From assembly GCA_029858555.1 (NCBI GenBank), contig JAOUEU010000003.1:1-41577 (forward strand): a stretch of 41,577 nucleotides of DNA, in the 5' to 3' direction. Source of the stretch: Candidatus Zixiibacteriota bacterium. GTDB lineage: Bacteria; Zixibacteria; MSB-5A5; GN15; FEB-12. The notes below the pieces were generated by a model. The model was given only the letters and a program-made list of their open reading frames with translations. It was not told the DNA's origin and made no database searches. Below are positions 8,941 through 21,296 of this stretch, piece after piece. Each line of letters opens with the position of its first letter. The stretch's first letter is position 1. Both the position numbers and the translations under genes were made by a program.

Positions 8941-9903
8941 TTACGTCGCAAGTTCCTGTTTGAACTTCCTGGTCAAGGCCGGAACGATTTCAAAAGCGTC
9001 GCCGACAATGCCGTAATTGGCGATATTGAATATCGGCGCATCTTTGTCTTTGTTCACCGCCACAATCGTTCCCGAGGTTCGCATACCCACCAGATGCTGA
9101 ATCGCCCCGGAAATACCCACGGCTACATACAGCTTGGGGTTCACGGTCTTCCCGGTCTGCCCCACCTGGTGCGAGTAAGGAATCCAGCCAGCGTCGACGA
9201 TAGCTCGCGACGCGCCGAAGGCCGCCCCCAGAACGTCAGCCAATTCCCGCACTATGGGCAGGTGCTCCGGCCCCTTCATTCCGCGCCCGGCTGACACAAT
9301 GATGTCGGCCTCGGTCAGACTGACCGCGCCCGTCGCCTCGATCTTTAACTCCTTTACGACCATTTTTGATTGCAGCAGAGACGCGTCGACCGTTTCAACT
9401 ACAACCCGTCCGTCGCCGTCTTTCGACTCGGGATATATCTTGGGTCGCACCGTCACCAGAAACGGCTTGTCGCTGTTCCTGACCACGTTCGAGATTACCG
9501 AGCCGCCGTAGTGCGACCTGGCGACTACTACATCGTCGCCGTTGCGACTGACATTACTCACGTCCGAAGCCATGGGCGCGCCGTTCCTGGCCGCCAGGCG
9601 ACTGACGAGTGACTTGCCATAGAAGGTCGCTGGTCCGAGCACGAGATCCGGAGTGTGCTTCGATATCAGCGACGACAGAACGTTCACATAGATTTCATCG
9701 TTGAAGTATTTCAACTCGTGACTGGATACCGCCAGAACCTGTCCGCCGCCGCGCTGGGCCAGTTCACCGGCCAACGCCTCGGCGTTTTCGGCCAGTACGA
9801 CCGTAGTCACCTCTCCCCCCAGAGATTTGGCGACTTCAATCAACTCAAATGACGCCGGGACCAGCTTTCCGTCTTTTTGCAGGGCGATGATAAGCGTCTT
9901 CAT
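8941..9903 (-). CDS. etfA: Electron transfer flavoprotein alpha subunit
   Basis: ADIIVSAGRG, GASRAIVDAGW, QVGQTGKTVNPKLY.A.GISGAIQHLVGM, AVNKD..APIF. Confidence 0.95.
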   Translation of the reverse strand: MKTLIIALQKDGKLVPASFELIEVAKSLGGEVTTVVLAENAEALAGELAQRGGGQVLAVSSHELKYFNDEIYVNVLSSLISKHTPDLVLGPATFYGKSLVSRLAARNGAPMASDVSNVSRNGDDVVVARSHYGGSVISNVVRNSDKPFLVTVRPKIYPESKDGDGRVVVETVDASLLQSKMVVKELKIEATGAVSLTEADIIVSAGRGMKGPEHLPIVRELADVLGAAFGASRAIVDAGWIPYSHQVGQTGKTVNPKLYVAVGISGAIQHLVGMRTSGTIVAVNKDKDAPIFNIANYGIVGDAFEIVPALTRKFKQELAT

Positions 9904-9941
9904 ACCAATACCTTAAACTCATGTTAGCTGAATTTCCGGTT

Positions 9942-9970
9942 AATATAAAGGCCGTCATGCCGCCTGGCAA
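9942..9970 (-). promoter_or_regulatory. sigma70-type promoter directly upstream of etfA
   Basis: TTGCCA-N17-TATATT on the minus strand. Confidence 0.6.
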
Positions 9971-10030
9971 GTCTTTCATTGAGTCTTTTTTGAAGGATTG
10001 CCTGCGGCTGTCACAGGCGCGGTGACGCGG

Positions 10031-11008
10031 CTAAGCGTCAGGCGTCGCATCCCGCAGAGCATGCAGGATCCTTTCGACATCGGCCAACGTATTCACCTGT
10101 GTCACATCCCGCCGCAACTCCGTGGCTCTTTCAAACCCTTTGAGGTAGCGAACGAGGGAGCGCCGCATCATCCTGATGCCACGCTCCTCTCCGTAAGTCT
10201 CAGCCATCAGCCGGGCGTGGAGACAAGCCAGCTCCATTCTCTCCGACAAGAGAATGTCGCCGGGCTGACGCCCCGTCTCGAGATACTCGTTAATCTGTCT
10301 GAAGATAAGCGGGCTGAGCATCGCCGCCCGCCCCACCATGACGTAATCGCAGCCGGTCTCATCTATCATGCGCCGGGCATCCTGGGCGGTGAAGACATCA
10401 CCATTGCCTATGACCGGAATGCCGACAGCTTGTTTCAGCAACTTTATGGCGGACCAGTCGGCTCGCCCGCCATACCCATCGGCCCGGCTGCGGGCATGCA
10501 GACAAACGCCGCCCACGCCGGCTCTCTGGGCAATCCGCCCTACTTCAAGGTATACCGGGCTTCTGTCATCCCAGCCGGTTCTCATCTTTATCGTGACGGG
10601 CGTTCTGCCGGCGGCCTCCACAACCGCGCGGATGATATCCTCCGTCAGGTGCAGATCCTTGAGTACGGCGGCGCCGCCATTCTTGCGCACGACTTTCTTG
10701 ACCGGACAGCCGAAATTGATGTCGATCAAATCGGGATGAAACTGTTCGACAACAACTCCGGCGGCCTGACCCATTACTTCCGGCTTAGCACCAAACAATT
10801 GTATCCCAATCGGTTGCTCATCCGGCTTGAATTCCATCATGGTCAGGGTCTTACGTTGGTTGCGAATAATACCCTCCGAGGAGACCATTTCAGTATAGGT
10901 CAGAGCGGCTCCCGATCTTATCGCCAGGACTCGGAACGGACGGTTGGAAACCCCCGCCAGGGGCGCTAAAACAGCTCTTCCTTTCAAGTTTAAGTTTCCT
11001 ATTGGCAT
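10031..11008 (-). CDS. dusB: tRNA-dihydrouridine synthase B
   Basis: LAPLAGVS, YTEMVS, IQLFG, IDINFGCPVKKV, TIKMRTGW, HARS, VIGNGDV, VMVGR. Confidence 0.92.
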   Translation of the reverse strand: MPIGNLNLKGRAVLAPLAGVSNRPFRVLAIRSGAALTYTEMVSSEGIIRNQRKTLTMMEFKPDEQPIGIQLFGAKPEVMGQAAGVVVEQFHPDLIDINFGCPVKKVVRKNGGAAVLKDLHLTEDIIRAVVEAAGRTPVTIKMRTGWDDRSPVYLEVGRIAQRAGVGGVCLHARSRADGYGGRADWSAIKLLKQAVGIPVIGNGDVFTAQDARRMIDETGCDYVMVGRAAMLSPLIFRQINEYLETGRQPGDILLSERMELACLHARLMAETYGEERGIRMMRRSLVRYLKGFERATELRRDVTQVNTLADVERILHALRDATPDA

Positions 11009-11014
11009 GCCGAT

Positions 11015-11043
11015 AAAATAACAGAACTGGCCTTTCGCAACAA
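11015..11043 (-). promoter_or_regulatory. sigma70-type promoter abutting the dusB start (possibly leaderless)
   Basis: TTGTTG-N17-TATTTT with extended TG, 6 nt before the ATG; no Shine-Dalgarno. Confidence 0.5.
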
Positions 11044-11070
11044 GATTTGGACATAGAAAAAAACGGAGGT

Positions 11071-11099
11071 TTGAAGTCGGGTTTGTTGTCTGTTAAAAT
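11071..11099 (+). promoter_or_regulatory. sigma70 promoter for the FHA/phosphatase/kinase operon
   Basis: TTGAAG-N17-TAAAAT with extended TG; AAGGA RBS before ATG 11134. Confidence 0.7.
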
Positions 11100-11133
11100 T
11101 GCCTTTTTACAAATATTTTGAAAGGACCCTCTT

Positions 11134-11826
11134 ATGCCCGAAATTATCGTCAAATATGATGACAAGGTCATTGAGAGAATTGTCACGGAAAAAAAGCGGA
11201 TTACCATCGGACGCACCAACGATAATGATATCGTCTTAGAAAACCGCGGGGTATCAAGAAAGCATGCCCTTATCGAATTCAATAACAACGCTGCCGTCGT
11301 AATCGACAACGAGTCCCTGAACGGCACCTTCGTCAATAATCGAAAGATTACGGAGGAAGTACTGCGCAACGATGACACCATCACGATCGGCAAGTATTCG
11401 CTCGTGTACCGCTCCGAGGCTTCACAGGATCACGACGGTGCCGCCAATTTCGACGGGACAATGGTGCTCAATACAAAAAAACAGAAGAAATTGCTGGAAA
11501 ACGACAAAGTTGAGCGACAGATCGTCGGCAAGTATGGCGGATCGGTCCTCGTGGGCGAAGAAAACGCGGAATTCTCGGAATTCCACCTCGATCGCGACGT
11601 CGTCACAATCGGCAAGGCCAAATTCGTTCACGTAAAGGCCAAGGGATTCTGGATTTCCGGCATCCAGGCCAAGATAGTAAAGGAGAACCACTGCTATTCG
11701 TTGGTCAACCTCGGCCGCAGTGGAAAAACCAGGGTGAACGGTGAGGAGATCAGCAATTACGTTCTGAAGAATGGTGACCTGATTACGGTCGGTAACAGCA
11801 CCTTTAAGTTTATCGAAGGGAAGTAA
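11134..11826 (+). CDS. Tandem FHA-domain protein
   Basis: FHA1: IGR...VSRKHA...SLNGTFVN; FHA2: IGK...ISGIQA...GKTRVNG...LKNGDLITVG. Confidence 0.9.
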   Translation: MPEIIVKYDDKVIERIVTEKKRITIGRTNDNDIVLENRGVSRKHALIEFNNNAAVVIDNESLNGTFVNNRKITEEVLRNDDTITIGKYSLVYRSEASQDHDGAANFDGTMVLNTKKQKKLLENDKVERQIVGKYGGSVLVGEENAEFSEFHLDRDVVTIGKAKFVHVKAKGFWISGIQAKIVKENHCYSLVNLGRSGKTRVNGEEISNYVLKNGDLITVGNSTFKFIEGK

Positions 11827-11829
11827 TGC

Positions 11830-12558
11830 ATGCGAGTGGCTTTAATTTCGGACATCCACGCTAATCTGGAAGCCCTGACCGCGGTAATAGAGAATATCGC
11901 CGACCAAAACATAGAGAGAATTTTATGCCTCGGTGACGTCATCGGGTACGGCAGCGATCCCTCCCCGTGCCTCGAACTGGTGAACAGGACATGCGACGTG
12001 AAACTGATGGGTAATCATGAATATGCGGCTCTGGGAATGTTGTCCAGTGAGTACTATCATGATGATGCCAAAAAATCGGCCGAATGGACACACCAGTGCC
12101 TCACCGATTACGATTTGTCCATCATTTCCACCTTCGAGATGGATCATACGTTTGAAGAGCTATATCTCGTTCATGCTTCTCCTCACGAACCGCAAAGGTG
12201 GCACTATATTCTGCAGCCCGAGATGGCTCAGCAGGCCTTTCAACACTTCAACACCGGTCTCTGCTTTTTTGGACATTCCCACCTGCCGATGATTTTCGTC
12301 GAGTCGCCCGGGCGGCTGCCGCGCATCAAGGCAGGTCATGACTTTGTACCCGATCGCGACAACCGCTATCTGATCAATGTGGGTTCGGTGGGCCAGCCCC
12401 GTGACGCCGACCCCCGAGCCTGCTATACCATTTTTGACCTTGAGCAGTACGACGTCACCTTTGTCCGGGTCCCGTACGACATCGAGGCAGCTCAACGAAA
12501 AATGGAAAAAGCGAAACTACCGAAGATGCTTATAGAACGACTCTCCGTAGGGAGATGA
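11830..12558 (+). CDS. Calcineurin-like metallophosphoesterase (putative protein phosphatase)
   Basis: SDIHAN, LGDVIGYG, GNHE, HASP, GHSH, NVGSVGQPRD. Confidence 0.9.
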   Translation: MRVALISDIHANLEALTAVIENIADQNIERILCLGDVIGYGSDPSPCLELVNRTCDVKLMGNHEYAALGMLSSEYYHDDAKKSAEWTHQCLTDYDLSIISTFEMDHTFEELYLVHASPHEPQRWHYILQPEMAQQAFQHFNTGLCFFGHSHLPMIFVESPGRLPRIKAGHDFVPDRDNRYLINVGSVGQPRDADPRACYTIFDLEQYDVTFVRVPYDIEAAQRKMEKAKLPKMLIERLSVGR

Positions 12559-12570
12559 GGAAAGATCATT

Positions 12571-15072
<2,502 letters not shown>

Positions 15073-15098
15073 ACGCTGTCACTCGAATTGTGCCCCTG

Positions 15099-15131
15099 AA
15101 AAAGGCCGCTGCCTGCCCCGGCAGCGGCCTT
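15099..15131 (-). terminator. Intrinsic terminator between the convergent kinase and housekeeping operons
   Basis: AAGGCCGCTGCC-tgcccc-GGCAGCGGCCTT; A-tract on the left gives a U-tract on the minus strand. Confidence 0.75.
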
Positions 15132-15177
15132 GCTGTTGCTTGCCCTCTCCAGCCCGAGAAACCCCGTTGATGACTGT

Positions 15178-15636
15178 CTATGGCTCTTCCTGGTCGTCTG
15201 TCTGGGAGAGTATCTCCTCCGCCAGCGACAGGGCCACCCCCGAAAGCATCACCTCGACTCCCAGGCGCGTAAAATCCGATGAAATCAAATCGCGGTTGAT
15301 GGAGGCATACAAAGAACACGAAGCGCCTCTTTCGACAACCAGGCCGGAAAGCTTCTTCCCGGTCTCGGAAACGAATGTCACCTCGCCGAGTTCGTCGGAG
15401 ACAACGTAGCCGGTGCAATTATGAAGCTGCAGATGCGAATTGCCGGTATAGACGACGACAAGCATCCCGCGCGTCTTGCCCAGCGTAGCCTCCGGGAAAA
15501 GCTCCAGCACCAGGTTTCGCCTCTCCTCGGCGTTGGCCACTTTTAGACGGTAATGATCCTTGTGGAAGGACACGCTGGCGGCGCCGAGTATAGCACCGAT
15601 TTTGTCGATATCATCTTTACTGAAGCCTGTACTCAT
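15178..15636 (-). CDS. Hypothetical cytoplasmic protein (~152 aa)
   Basis: Last gene of the operon; protein-like composition; ATG 15636 preferred over GTG 15648. Confidence 0.7.
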   Translation of the reverse strand: MSTGFSKDDIDKIGAILGAASVSFHKDHYRLKVANAEERRNLVLELFPEATLGKTRGMLVVVYTGNSHLQLHNCTGYVVSDELGEVTFVSETGKKLSGLVVERGASCSLYASINRDLISSDFTRLGVEVMLSGVALSLAEEILSQTDDQEEP

Positions 15637-15662
15637 GTTCCAGCCCACCGAAAAGAAAACGA

Positions 15663-15890
15663 TTATTTGCTGTTCTCGCTTTTCTTTTCTTCCTTCTGCG
15701 GCGGCTTCGCCGCCTCATCGTCCAGCTTCACCGAACCCTTAATCTCGTCGGTGGTGTCCTTCATGGCCTTCTTGAATTCCTTGATTCCCTTCCCCATGCC
15801 CTGAGCGATTTCCGGCAGTCTTTTGGCGCCGAACAGCAGCAGGATGGCCAGAAACACCAGCAACAATTCCCACGGACCCAGGCCAAACAT
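15663..15890 (-). CDS. tatA: Twin-arginine translocase TatA/TatE subunit
   Basis: MFGLGPWELL...LLFGAKRLPEIAQGMGKGIKEFKKA; strong AGGAGG RBS. Confidence 0.95.
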   Translation of the reverse strand: MFGLGPWELLLVFLAILLLFGAKRLPEIAQGMGKGIKEFKKAMKDTTDEIKGSVKLDDEAAKPPQKEEKKSENSK

Positions 15891-15917
15891 ATGAAAACCT
15901 CCTAGATTTGGTCTAAA

Positions 15918-16184
15918 CTACAGGTACCACCATCTAAAATAGATTATGACCAGCAGTACCACCATCATCGACATGAAATTGATCTTCAACTTCAGACCAA
16001 ACGTGAATGCAATCGAGAAAAAATCCACCTTGACCGTGTCGAAGCCAATCTCGATTGTCTTTGTAAAAACCGTCTTTGCCGCTCCGGGCGGCAAAAAAGT
16101 CCCTATAATATCTCCAATCAACCCGCCGATTACTGCTCCCAGCAACAGGGCCACAATAATAAATGTCAACTCACGCTTTTTCAA
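15918..16184 (-). CDS. Small membrane protein, DUF4321-like
   Basis: [13 protein letters not shown], then IGF..VKVDF...[10 protein letters not shown]; TTG start overlaps the purQ stop. Confidence 0.7.
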   Translation of the reverse strand: MKKRELTFIIVALLLGAVIGGLIGDIIGTFLPPGAAKTVFTKTIEIGFDTVKVDFFSIAFTFGLKLKINFMSMMVVLLVIIYFRWWYL

Positions 16185-16894
16185 GTCCTGCCCGCCGTCA
16201 CCGTCGAAGAAAACGATGCCCGCACCGACTCAAACACGCGCAGCCCGTCGGCCGAGCCCAAAATAGGCTCGACCGATCGCTCCGGGTGCGGCATCATTCC
16301 CAGAATGTTTCCCTGCTCGTTGGTTATTCCCGCTATGTTGTTCAACGAACCATTAGGATTGGCCTGCCGTGTCGCCTCGCCCGCCGCGTCGACATAGCGG
16401 AAAACAACCTGACCGTTATCCTCCAGCCTCTTGATATCATCATCAAAATGGTAATAGTTCCCCTCGTTGTGGGCAATCGGAATTTTCAGTATCTCACCGC
16501 GCGAGCAGGCGCGAGTGAATATACTCGAACTCGTCTCTACCCGCAACCGGACGAATTTGCAGCTGAACCGAAGGTGCTCATTGCGCATCAGGGCACCGGG
16601 CAACAGACCGCACTCGGTCAGAACCTGAAAACCGTTACAGATGCCCATCACGATGCCGCCGCTCGCCGCAAATTTCAACACTTTATTCATTATCGGCGAG
16701 AACTTGGCGATGGCACCGGCCCGCAGATAATCCCCGTATGAAAAACCGCCCGGCAAAACAATGGCATCACAACCCAAAAGGTCCTCCGACTTATGCCAGA
16801 GAAATTCCACTTCCTCCTTGAGGATGAATTTCAGCGCCGCGTAAGCGTCATAATCACAATTGGACCCGGGAAAGGTCACGACACCGAATTTCAT
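16181..16894 (-). CDS. purQ: FGAM synthase glutaminase subunit
   Basis: [41 protein letters not shown]. Confidence 0.97.
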   Translation of the reverse strand: MKFGVVTFPGSNCDYDAYAALKFILKEEVEFLWHKSEDLLGCDAIVLPGGFSYGDYLRAGAIAKFSPIMNKVLKFAASGGIVMGICNGFQVLTECGLLPGALMRNEHLRFSCKFVRLRVETSSSIFTRACSRGEILKIPIAHNEGNYYHFDDDIKRLEDNGQVVFRYVDAAGEATRQANPNGSLNNIAGITNEQGNILGMMPHPERSVEPILGSADGLRVFESVRASFSSTVTAGRT

Positions 16895-17142
16895 TTGGTC
16901 CTTTCCACCGTATACCGCTCGATCACCGGATTAGCCAGCAGCTTGGCGCAAACCTCTTCGATCTTCCGGTCAATATCGCCGCTGTCACTTTTTATTTCCA
17001 GCTCGAAAAAGCGCCCCGTGCGCACCGATGCGAATTCGTCGTAGCCCATCTGAGTTAGGGCCTTGTGAATCGTCACCCCCTGAGGGTCAAGAACACCGTC
17101 CTTCAACCTCACATAGACCACTGCTCTACTGTTCTGACTCAT
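16891..17142 (-). CDS. purS: FGAM synthase PurS subunit
   Basis: [27 protein letters not shown]. Confidence 0.95.
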   Translation of the reverse strand: MSQNSRAVVYVRLKDGVLDPQGVTIHKALTQMGYDEFASVRTGRFFELEIKSDSGDIDRKIEEVCAKLLANPVIERYTVERTK

Positions 17143-17893
17143 CGATAATATCCTTATCCGTTCTGCGCCGCCGATAACCGCGCCCTGTCACCTTACCCAC
17201 TCCTACGTGGAACAAACGGTAAAGTTCTCTGACGATACCATACAATATATATAATGACACTATCGGAAACAATAAGAGTCTGGGTTTGAAAATTACGGCC
17301 GGGATTATCGCCAGGAGTATGAGCAGCTTGATCCGGCTCTGGCGGGACTCGAATCGATCCGGAAATATCTCGTACTCGATCTGTGAAACCATCAGGAGGG
17401 CCAGCACTACGATCATGGAAACAAACAGCTCCGCATGCTCCAGCCGACCCCACACCTTGTACGAAAATATGATATAGGTCACCAGGGCAAAGGCCGCCAC
17501 CGGCACCGGCAGGCCGAGAAACTCCTTTTTTTCTTCGGTGTCCGCCAAAACATTGAAACGAGCCAGCCGGTAGGACGCGGCCATGATGAAGACTATGGCG
17601 ATAATCCAACCCCAGCGCCCCAGGGTGTTCAGCCTGATAGCATGGACAATTACGGCCGGGGCCACGCCGAACGAAAGGAAATCAGCCAGCGAGTCCAACT
17701 CAATCCCGAACTGACTGGAGCCGCCGCTCAGGCGGGCAACTTTGCCGTCCAGAACATCCAGAAAGCCGGCCAGGATGATAAACCAGCAGGCGGTCGTTAT
17801 GTGACCCTCGAAAGCCGACAATATCGCCAGGAAGCCACAGACGACATTACCCATGGTGAACGTGCCCGGGAAGATACCCCTATATCTGGACAT
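17126..17893 (-). CDS. pssA: CDP-diacylglycerol--serine O-phosphatidyltransferase
   Basis: DVLDGKVAR...FGIELDSLADFLSFGVAP, RLARFN, F.GLPVP; adjacent to psd. Confidence 0.92.
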   Translation of the reverse strand: MSRYRGIFPGTFTMGNVVCGFLAILSAFEGHITTACWFIILAGFLDVLDGKVARLSGGSSQFGIELDSLADFLSFGVAPAVIVHAIRLNTLGRWGWIIAIVFIMAASYRLARFNVLADTEEKKEFLGLPVPVAAFALVTYIIFSYKVWGRLEHAELFVSMIVVLALLMVSQIEYEIFPDRFESRQSRIKLLILLAIIPAVIFKPRLLLFPIVSLYILYGIVRELYRLFHVGVGKVTGRGYRRRRTDKDIIDESEQ

Positions 17894-18584
17894 GACCCTC
17901 CTCGGTCGCTTCGTGACTTTCGCTGTCAGCGGGACTACCCTTCAAGTAGCCTATAATCGTTTGGCCGCCGAGAACGTGTTCTCCCTGCTTGACCCTGATC
18001 TCGCTGGCCGCCGGTACGATCAAGTCCGCTCGCGACCCGAATCTAATCATGCCGAACCTGTCGCCCGCCGAAACCTTGGCCCCGTGCGTCAACCTGCAGA
18101 CAATGCGGCGGGCAATCAGCCCGGCAATTTGTTTGACGACGATTTTCTCCCCCCCCGATGTCACGATACCAATTTCGGTCTGCTCGTTTACCTCCGACGC
18201 CTTATCCACATACGCGGCCAGGAATTTCCCGGGATTGTACCTGACATATTCCACCGTACCCGCGGCCGGAATACGATTGACGTGGACATCGAAGATGGAC
18301 AGAAAGATGGAGACCTTGAGGGCCTTGCCGCCGGTGTAAGGATGGTGTTCGAGACTGTCGATTGACACGATCCGTCCATCGGCCGGGGCTAAAAGAATAT
18401 TCGGGCCCCGCGTGAAACTGCGCGGCGGGTCCCGGAAAAAGAAGGTTGTGAAGACCGTCAGGACGGCCGTAATCAAGGTGAACGCAAAAAGCCAGCGGCT
18501 GTCCATCCGGGTTGCCAGGACTATCAGCAGAACCGTCAGGACGAGCCCAACTGCAATAAACGGGATTCCCTCGCGTGCAATCAT
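17880..18584 (-). CDS. psd: Phosphatidylserine decarboxylase proenzyme
   Basis: FFRDP, APADG, IFLSIFDVHVNR, QIAGLIARRI, FGMIRFGSR (self-cleavage site). Confidence 0.93.
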   Translation of the reverse strand: MIAREGIPFIAVGLVLTVLLIVLATRMDSRWLFAFTLITAVLTVFTTFFFRDPPRSFTRGPNILLAPADGRIVSIDSLEHHPYTGGKALKVSIFLSIFDVHVNRIPAAGTVEYVRYNPGKFLAAYVDKASEVNEQTEIGIVTSGGEKIVVKQIAGLIARRIVCRLTHGAKVSAGDRFGMIRFGSRADLIVPAASEIRVKQGEHVLGGQTIIGYLKGSPADSESHEATEEGHVQI

Positions 18585-19876
18585 TTTCCAAACACCCGCT
18601 CGAAGACCTTATCCACGTTCCGCGTGTAATAGCTTAACTCAAAACAACTGTCGATATCTTTCTCGGACAGATAAGCGCGAATGTCCCGGTCCCTCTTAAC
18701 CAGCTCCCGGAACGAGCCCCTGCCTTCAGCCGCCGCCAGCCCGTGGCGCTGTACCATGCCGTAAGCTTTCTCGCGCGAACCCACGGGCCCGGTCAATTTC
18801 AGCAGCAGGCGTTGCGAGAATACCAGCCCCCCGCGGTAGTATATGTTGTCCAGCATCCGCTTTTCGTTGACTACCAGGTTTTGCAGGACGGTGGCAAATT
18901 TCTCGAGAGCGTAGTCGGTGATTATGGCGGCGTCGGGAATTATCACGCGCTCTACCGACGAGTGGGCGATATCCCGCTCGTGCCACAGCGGTATGTTCTC
19001 CATCGCCGAAACAGCGTAACCCCGGACCAGCCGGGCGATGCCCGTTATCCGCTCCGCCGTGATCGGGTTTTTCTTGTGCGGCATGGCCGAGGAGCCTTTC
19101 TGACCTTTGGCAAATCCTTCCGCCATCTCGCCGACCTCGGTGCGCTGCAGGTTGCGAATCTCGGTGGCGAACTTCTCCAGAGACGACGTCAAAAGAGCCA
19201 GCGCCGAGATATAGTGAGCGTGCCGGTCACGCTGCAGAACTTGCGTTGATACTTTGGCAGGTTGAAGGCCCAGCGTCCGGCAGACCGCCGCCTCCACCCG
19301 CGGGTCCAGGTTGGCAAAATTGCCCACCGCTCCGGACAACTTGCCCACTGATATCGCCCGGGTAGCCTCTTTAAACCGCTCGCGGGCCCTCTCAAGCTCG
19401 GTGAACCAGACGGCGAACTTCAGGCCCAGTGTCATCGGCTCCGCCAGCACGCCGTGTGTCCGTCCCATACACGGGGTCGCCCTGTACTTCAGGGCCAGTC
19501 TGCGAATCTGTTTTAGAACCACCGCGATTTTTTTGTCAATAATCGCCGCGGCCCGTTTCATCAGCAGTGACAGCGACGTATCCAATACGTCAGACGACGT
19601 CATACCGTAGTGCAGGTACCGGGCATCATCGCCGACAAACTCGGCCACCGACGTCAGAAAGGCGATGACGTCATGATTAACCTCGGCTTCGATCTCGTTT
19701 ATGCGCTTCACATCGAAGCGAGCTTTTTTCTCAATGGTCTTGAAAGCCTGTGCCGGAATGATTTTGTACCGGGCCATTGCCCGGGCCGCCTCGATTTCCA
19801 CTTTCAGCCAGGTTTCAAAGCGACTCTCCTCCGTCCACAGTGCGCCCATCTCCGGCAACGTGTATCTTGTAATCAT
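18581..19876 (-). CDS. purB: Adenylosuccinate lyase
   Basis: HDVIAF, HYGMTSSD, GRTHG, GSSAMPHKKNP, WHERDIAHSSVER. Confidence 0.97.
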   Translation of the reverse strand: MITRYTLPEMGALWTEESRFETWLKVEIEAARAMARYKIIPAQAFKTIEKKARFDVKRINEIEAEVNHDVIAFLTSVAEFVGDDARYLHYGMTSSDVLDTSLSLLMKRAAAIIDKKIAVVLKQIRRLALKYRATPCMGRTHGVLAEPMTLGLKFAVWFTELERARERFKEATRAISVGKLSGAVGNFANLDPRVEAAVCRTLGLQPAKVSTQVLQRDRHAHYISALALLTSSLEKFATEIRNLQRTEVGEMAEGFAKGQKGSSAMPHKKNPITAERITGIARLVRGYAVSAMENIPLWHERDIAHSSVERVIIPDAAIITDYALEKFATVLQNLVVNEKRMLDNIYYRGGLVFSQRLLLKLTGPVGSREKAYGMVQRHGLAAAEGRGSFRELVKRDRDIRAYLSEKDIDSCFELSYYTRNVDKVFERVFGK

Positions 19877-20523
19877 CAGCCTCTCTGAGCCTTTTTGAAA
19901 TCTGAAATAAACTTCTCCAAGCCAATATCTGTAAGCGGATGCTTGATGAGTTGGCCAATCACTTTATAAGGCATCGTCACCACATCGGCACCGATAAGGG
20001 CGGCCTCGACCACGTGCATCGGGTGCCGCACCGAGGCCACCAGGACCTGAGTTTCGAAGATATAGTTGTGGTAAATCGTCACAATCTGGTCGACCAGGTC
20101 CATACCTGAAGTCGAGATGTCGTCGAGGCGGCCGATAAATGGCGAGACATAGGTGGCCCCGGCTTTGGCCACCAGAATGGCCTGTGTCGGAGAAAAAACC
20201 AGCGTGGCATTGGTAGCGATCCGCCGCGCTGTCAGAGTCTTGATTGCCTTGAGACCCTCAAGAATGGTTGGAATCTTGATGACGATGTTGTCGGCGATTT
20301 TCGCCAGTTCCTCCGCTTCCCTGACCATACCGTCATGATCGGTGGCCAGGACTTCGGCCGAGACCGGGCCGGACACGACCTTGCAGATTTCGCCCAGAAG
20401 TTCTCTGTATGGAGTGGTCTCTTTGGCCGCCAGCGAGGGATTGGTCGTCACGCCGTCAAGAACCCCCATCTGGGCTGCTGACTTAATCTCTTCAAGATTA
20501 GCGGTATCGATGAAGAATTTCAT
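19876..20523 (-). CDS. tal: Transaldolase / fructose-6-phosphate aldolase family (TalC-type)
   Basis: [31 protein letters not shown] (Phe here suggests transaldolase rather than FSA). Confidence 0.9.
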   Translation of the reverse strand: MKFFIDTANLEEIKSAAQMGVLDGVTTNPSLAAKETTPYRELLGEICKVVSGPVSAEVLATDHDGMVREAEELAKIADNIVIKIPTILEGLKAIKTLTARRIATNATLVFSPTQAILVAKAGATYVSPFIGRLDDISTSGMDLVDQIVTIYHNYIFETQVLVASVRHPMHVVEAALIGADVVTMPYKVIGQLIKHPLTDIGLEKFISDFKKAQRG

Positions 20524-21293
20524 ATTCCCGTTCCTTTTTCATAATTTACCGACACCAAGTACAGTCCCTGGGGCGGTGCCGTGAATGTTGCTCGTGCCTC
20601 CGATGGAGCCTTTATAATATCCGCAAACCGGTCTAAAGTCAAGTTCAGCTTGTTCTTATCCGGGTTTTCGCAAGCCAGGTTGACCATCGCTCCCACCAGC
20701 GACCGTACCATGTTGTGCAGGAAGCGATTTCCCCGAATCTCGAAAACCAACAGCTTACCTACCTGTCGCCAGCGAGCGTTGTATATGTTACAATTATTGT
20801 TCTTTTTCCGCGACGATACCACGCAGAACGGTGAGAAATCGTGCTCTCCGACAATCTCCTGTGCTGCCCGCTTGAGTTTCTCCACCGACAATGGATACGT
20901 TACATCCCACCGCAGTTGCCGGTAAACGGCCGATTTCTGCAGGCCCACCAGATAGCGATAGCGTTTCCAGCGAGCGTCCCGGCGGGCATCGAAGTCGGCG
21001 GCGGCCTCGCTCGATTCCCTGATCCGTATATCCGAAGGCAGGTAGAAATTAATCGCATCCTTGAATCGCACTGGCTCCAGATCGTGATCGACGACGAAAT
21101 TGGCTACCTGGCCCAGAGCGTGCACACCAGCATCCGTTCGACCGGCACCGATCAGTGTCACGCGCCGGCGGGTTACGCTCTCAATGGCTTTGATCAACTC
21201 GCCCTGGACGCTATTCAGGTTTTTTTGCACCTGCCACCCGGCATAGGCGGTCCCGTCATATTCGATCAGGAGTTTGATGTTTTTTTGGGCCAT
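20520..21293 (-). CDS. truA: tRNA pseudouridine(38-40) synthase
   Basis: [38 protein letters not shown]. Confidence 0.96.
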   Translation of the reverse strand: MAQKNIKLLIEYDGTAYAGWQVQKNLNSVQGELIKAIESVTRRRVTLIGAGRTDAGVHALGQVANFVVDHDLEPVRFKDAINFYLPSDIRIRESSEAAADFDARRDARWKRYRYLVGLQKSAVYRQLRWDVTYPLSVEKLKRAAQEIVGEHDFSPFCVVSSRKKNNNCNIYNARWRQVGKLLVFEIRGNRFLHNMVRSLVGAMVNLACENPDKNKLNLTLDRFADIIKAPSEARATFTAPPQGLYLVSVNYEKGTGI

Positions 21294-21296
21294 CTG

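Noticed and set aside
9998-10969. 323-aa + strand ORF opposite dusB (likewise 482-1237, 5750-6553, 36482-37150 and 37792-38787)
   Set aside because: Antisense frames of clear genes; no domain signatures.
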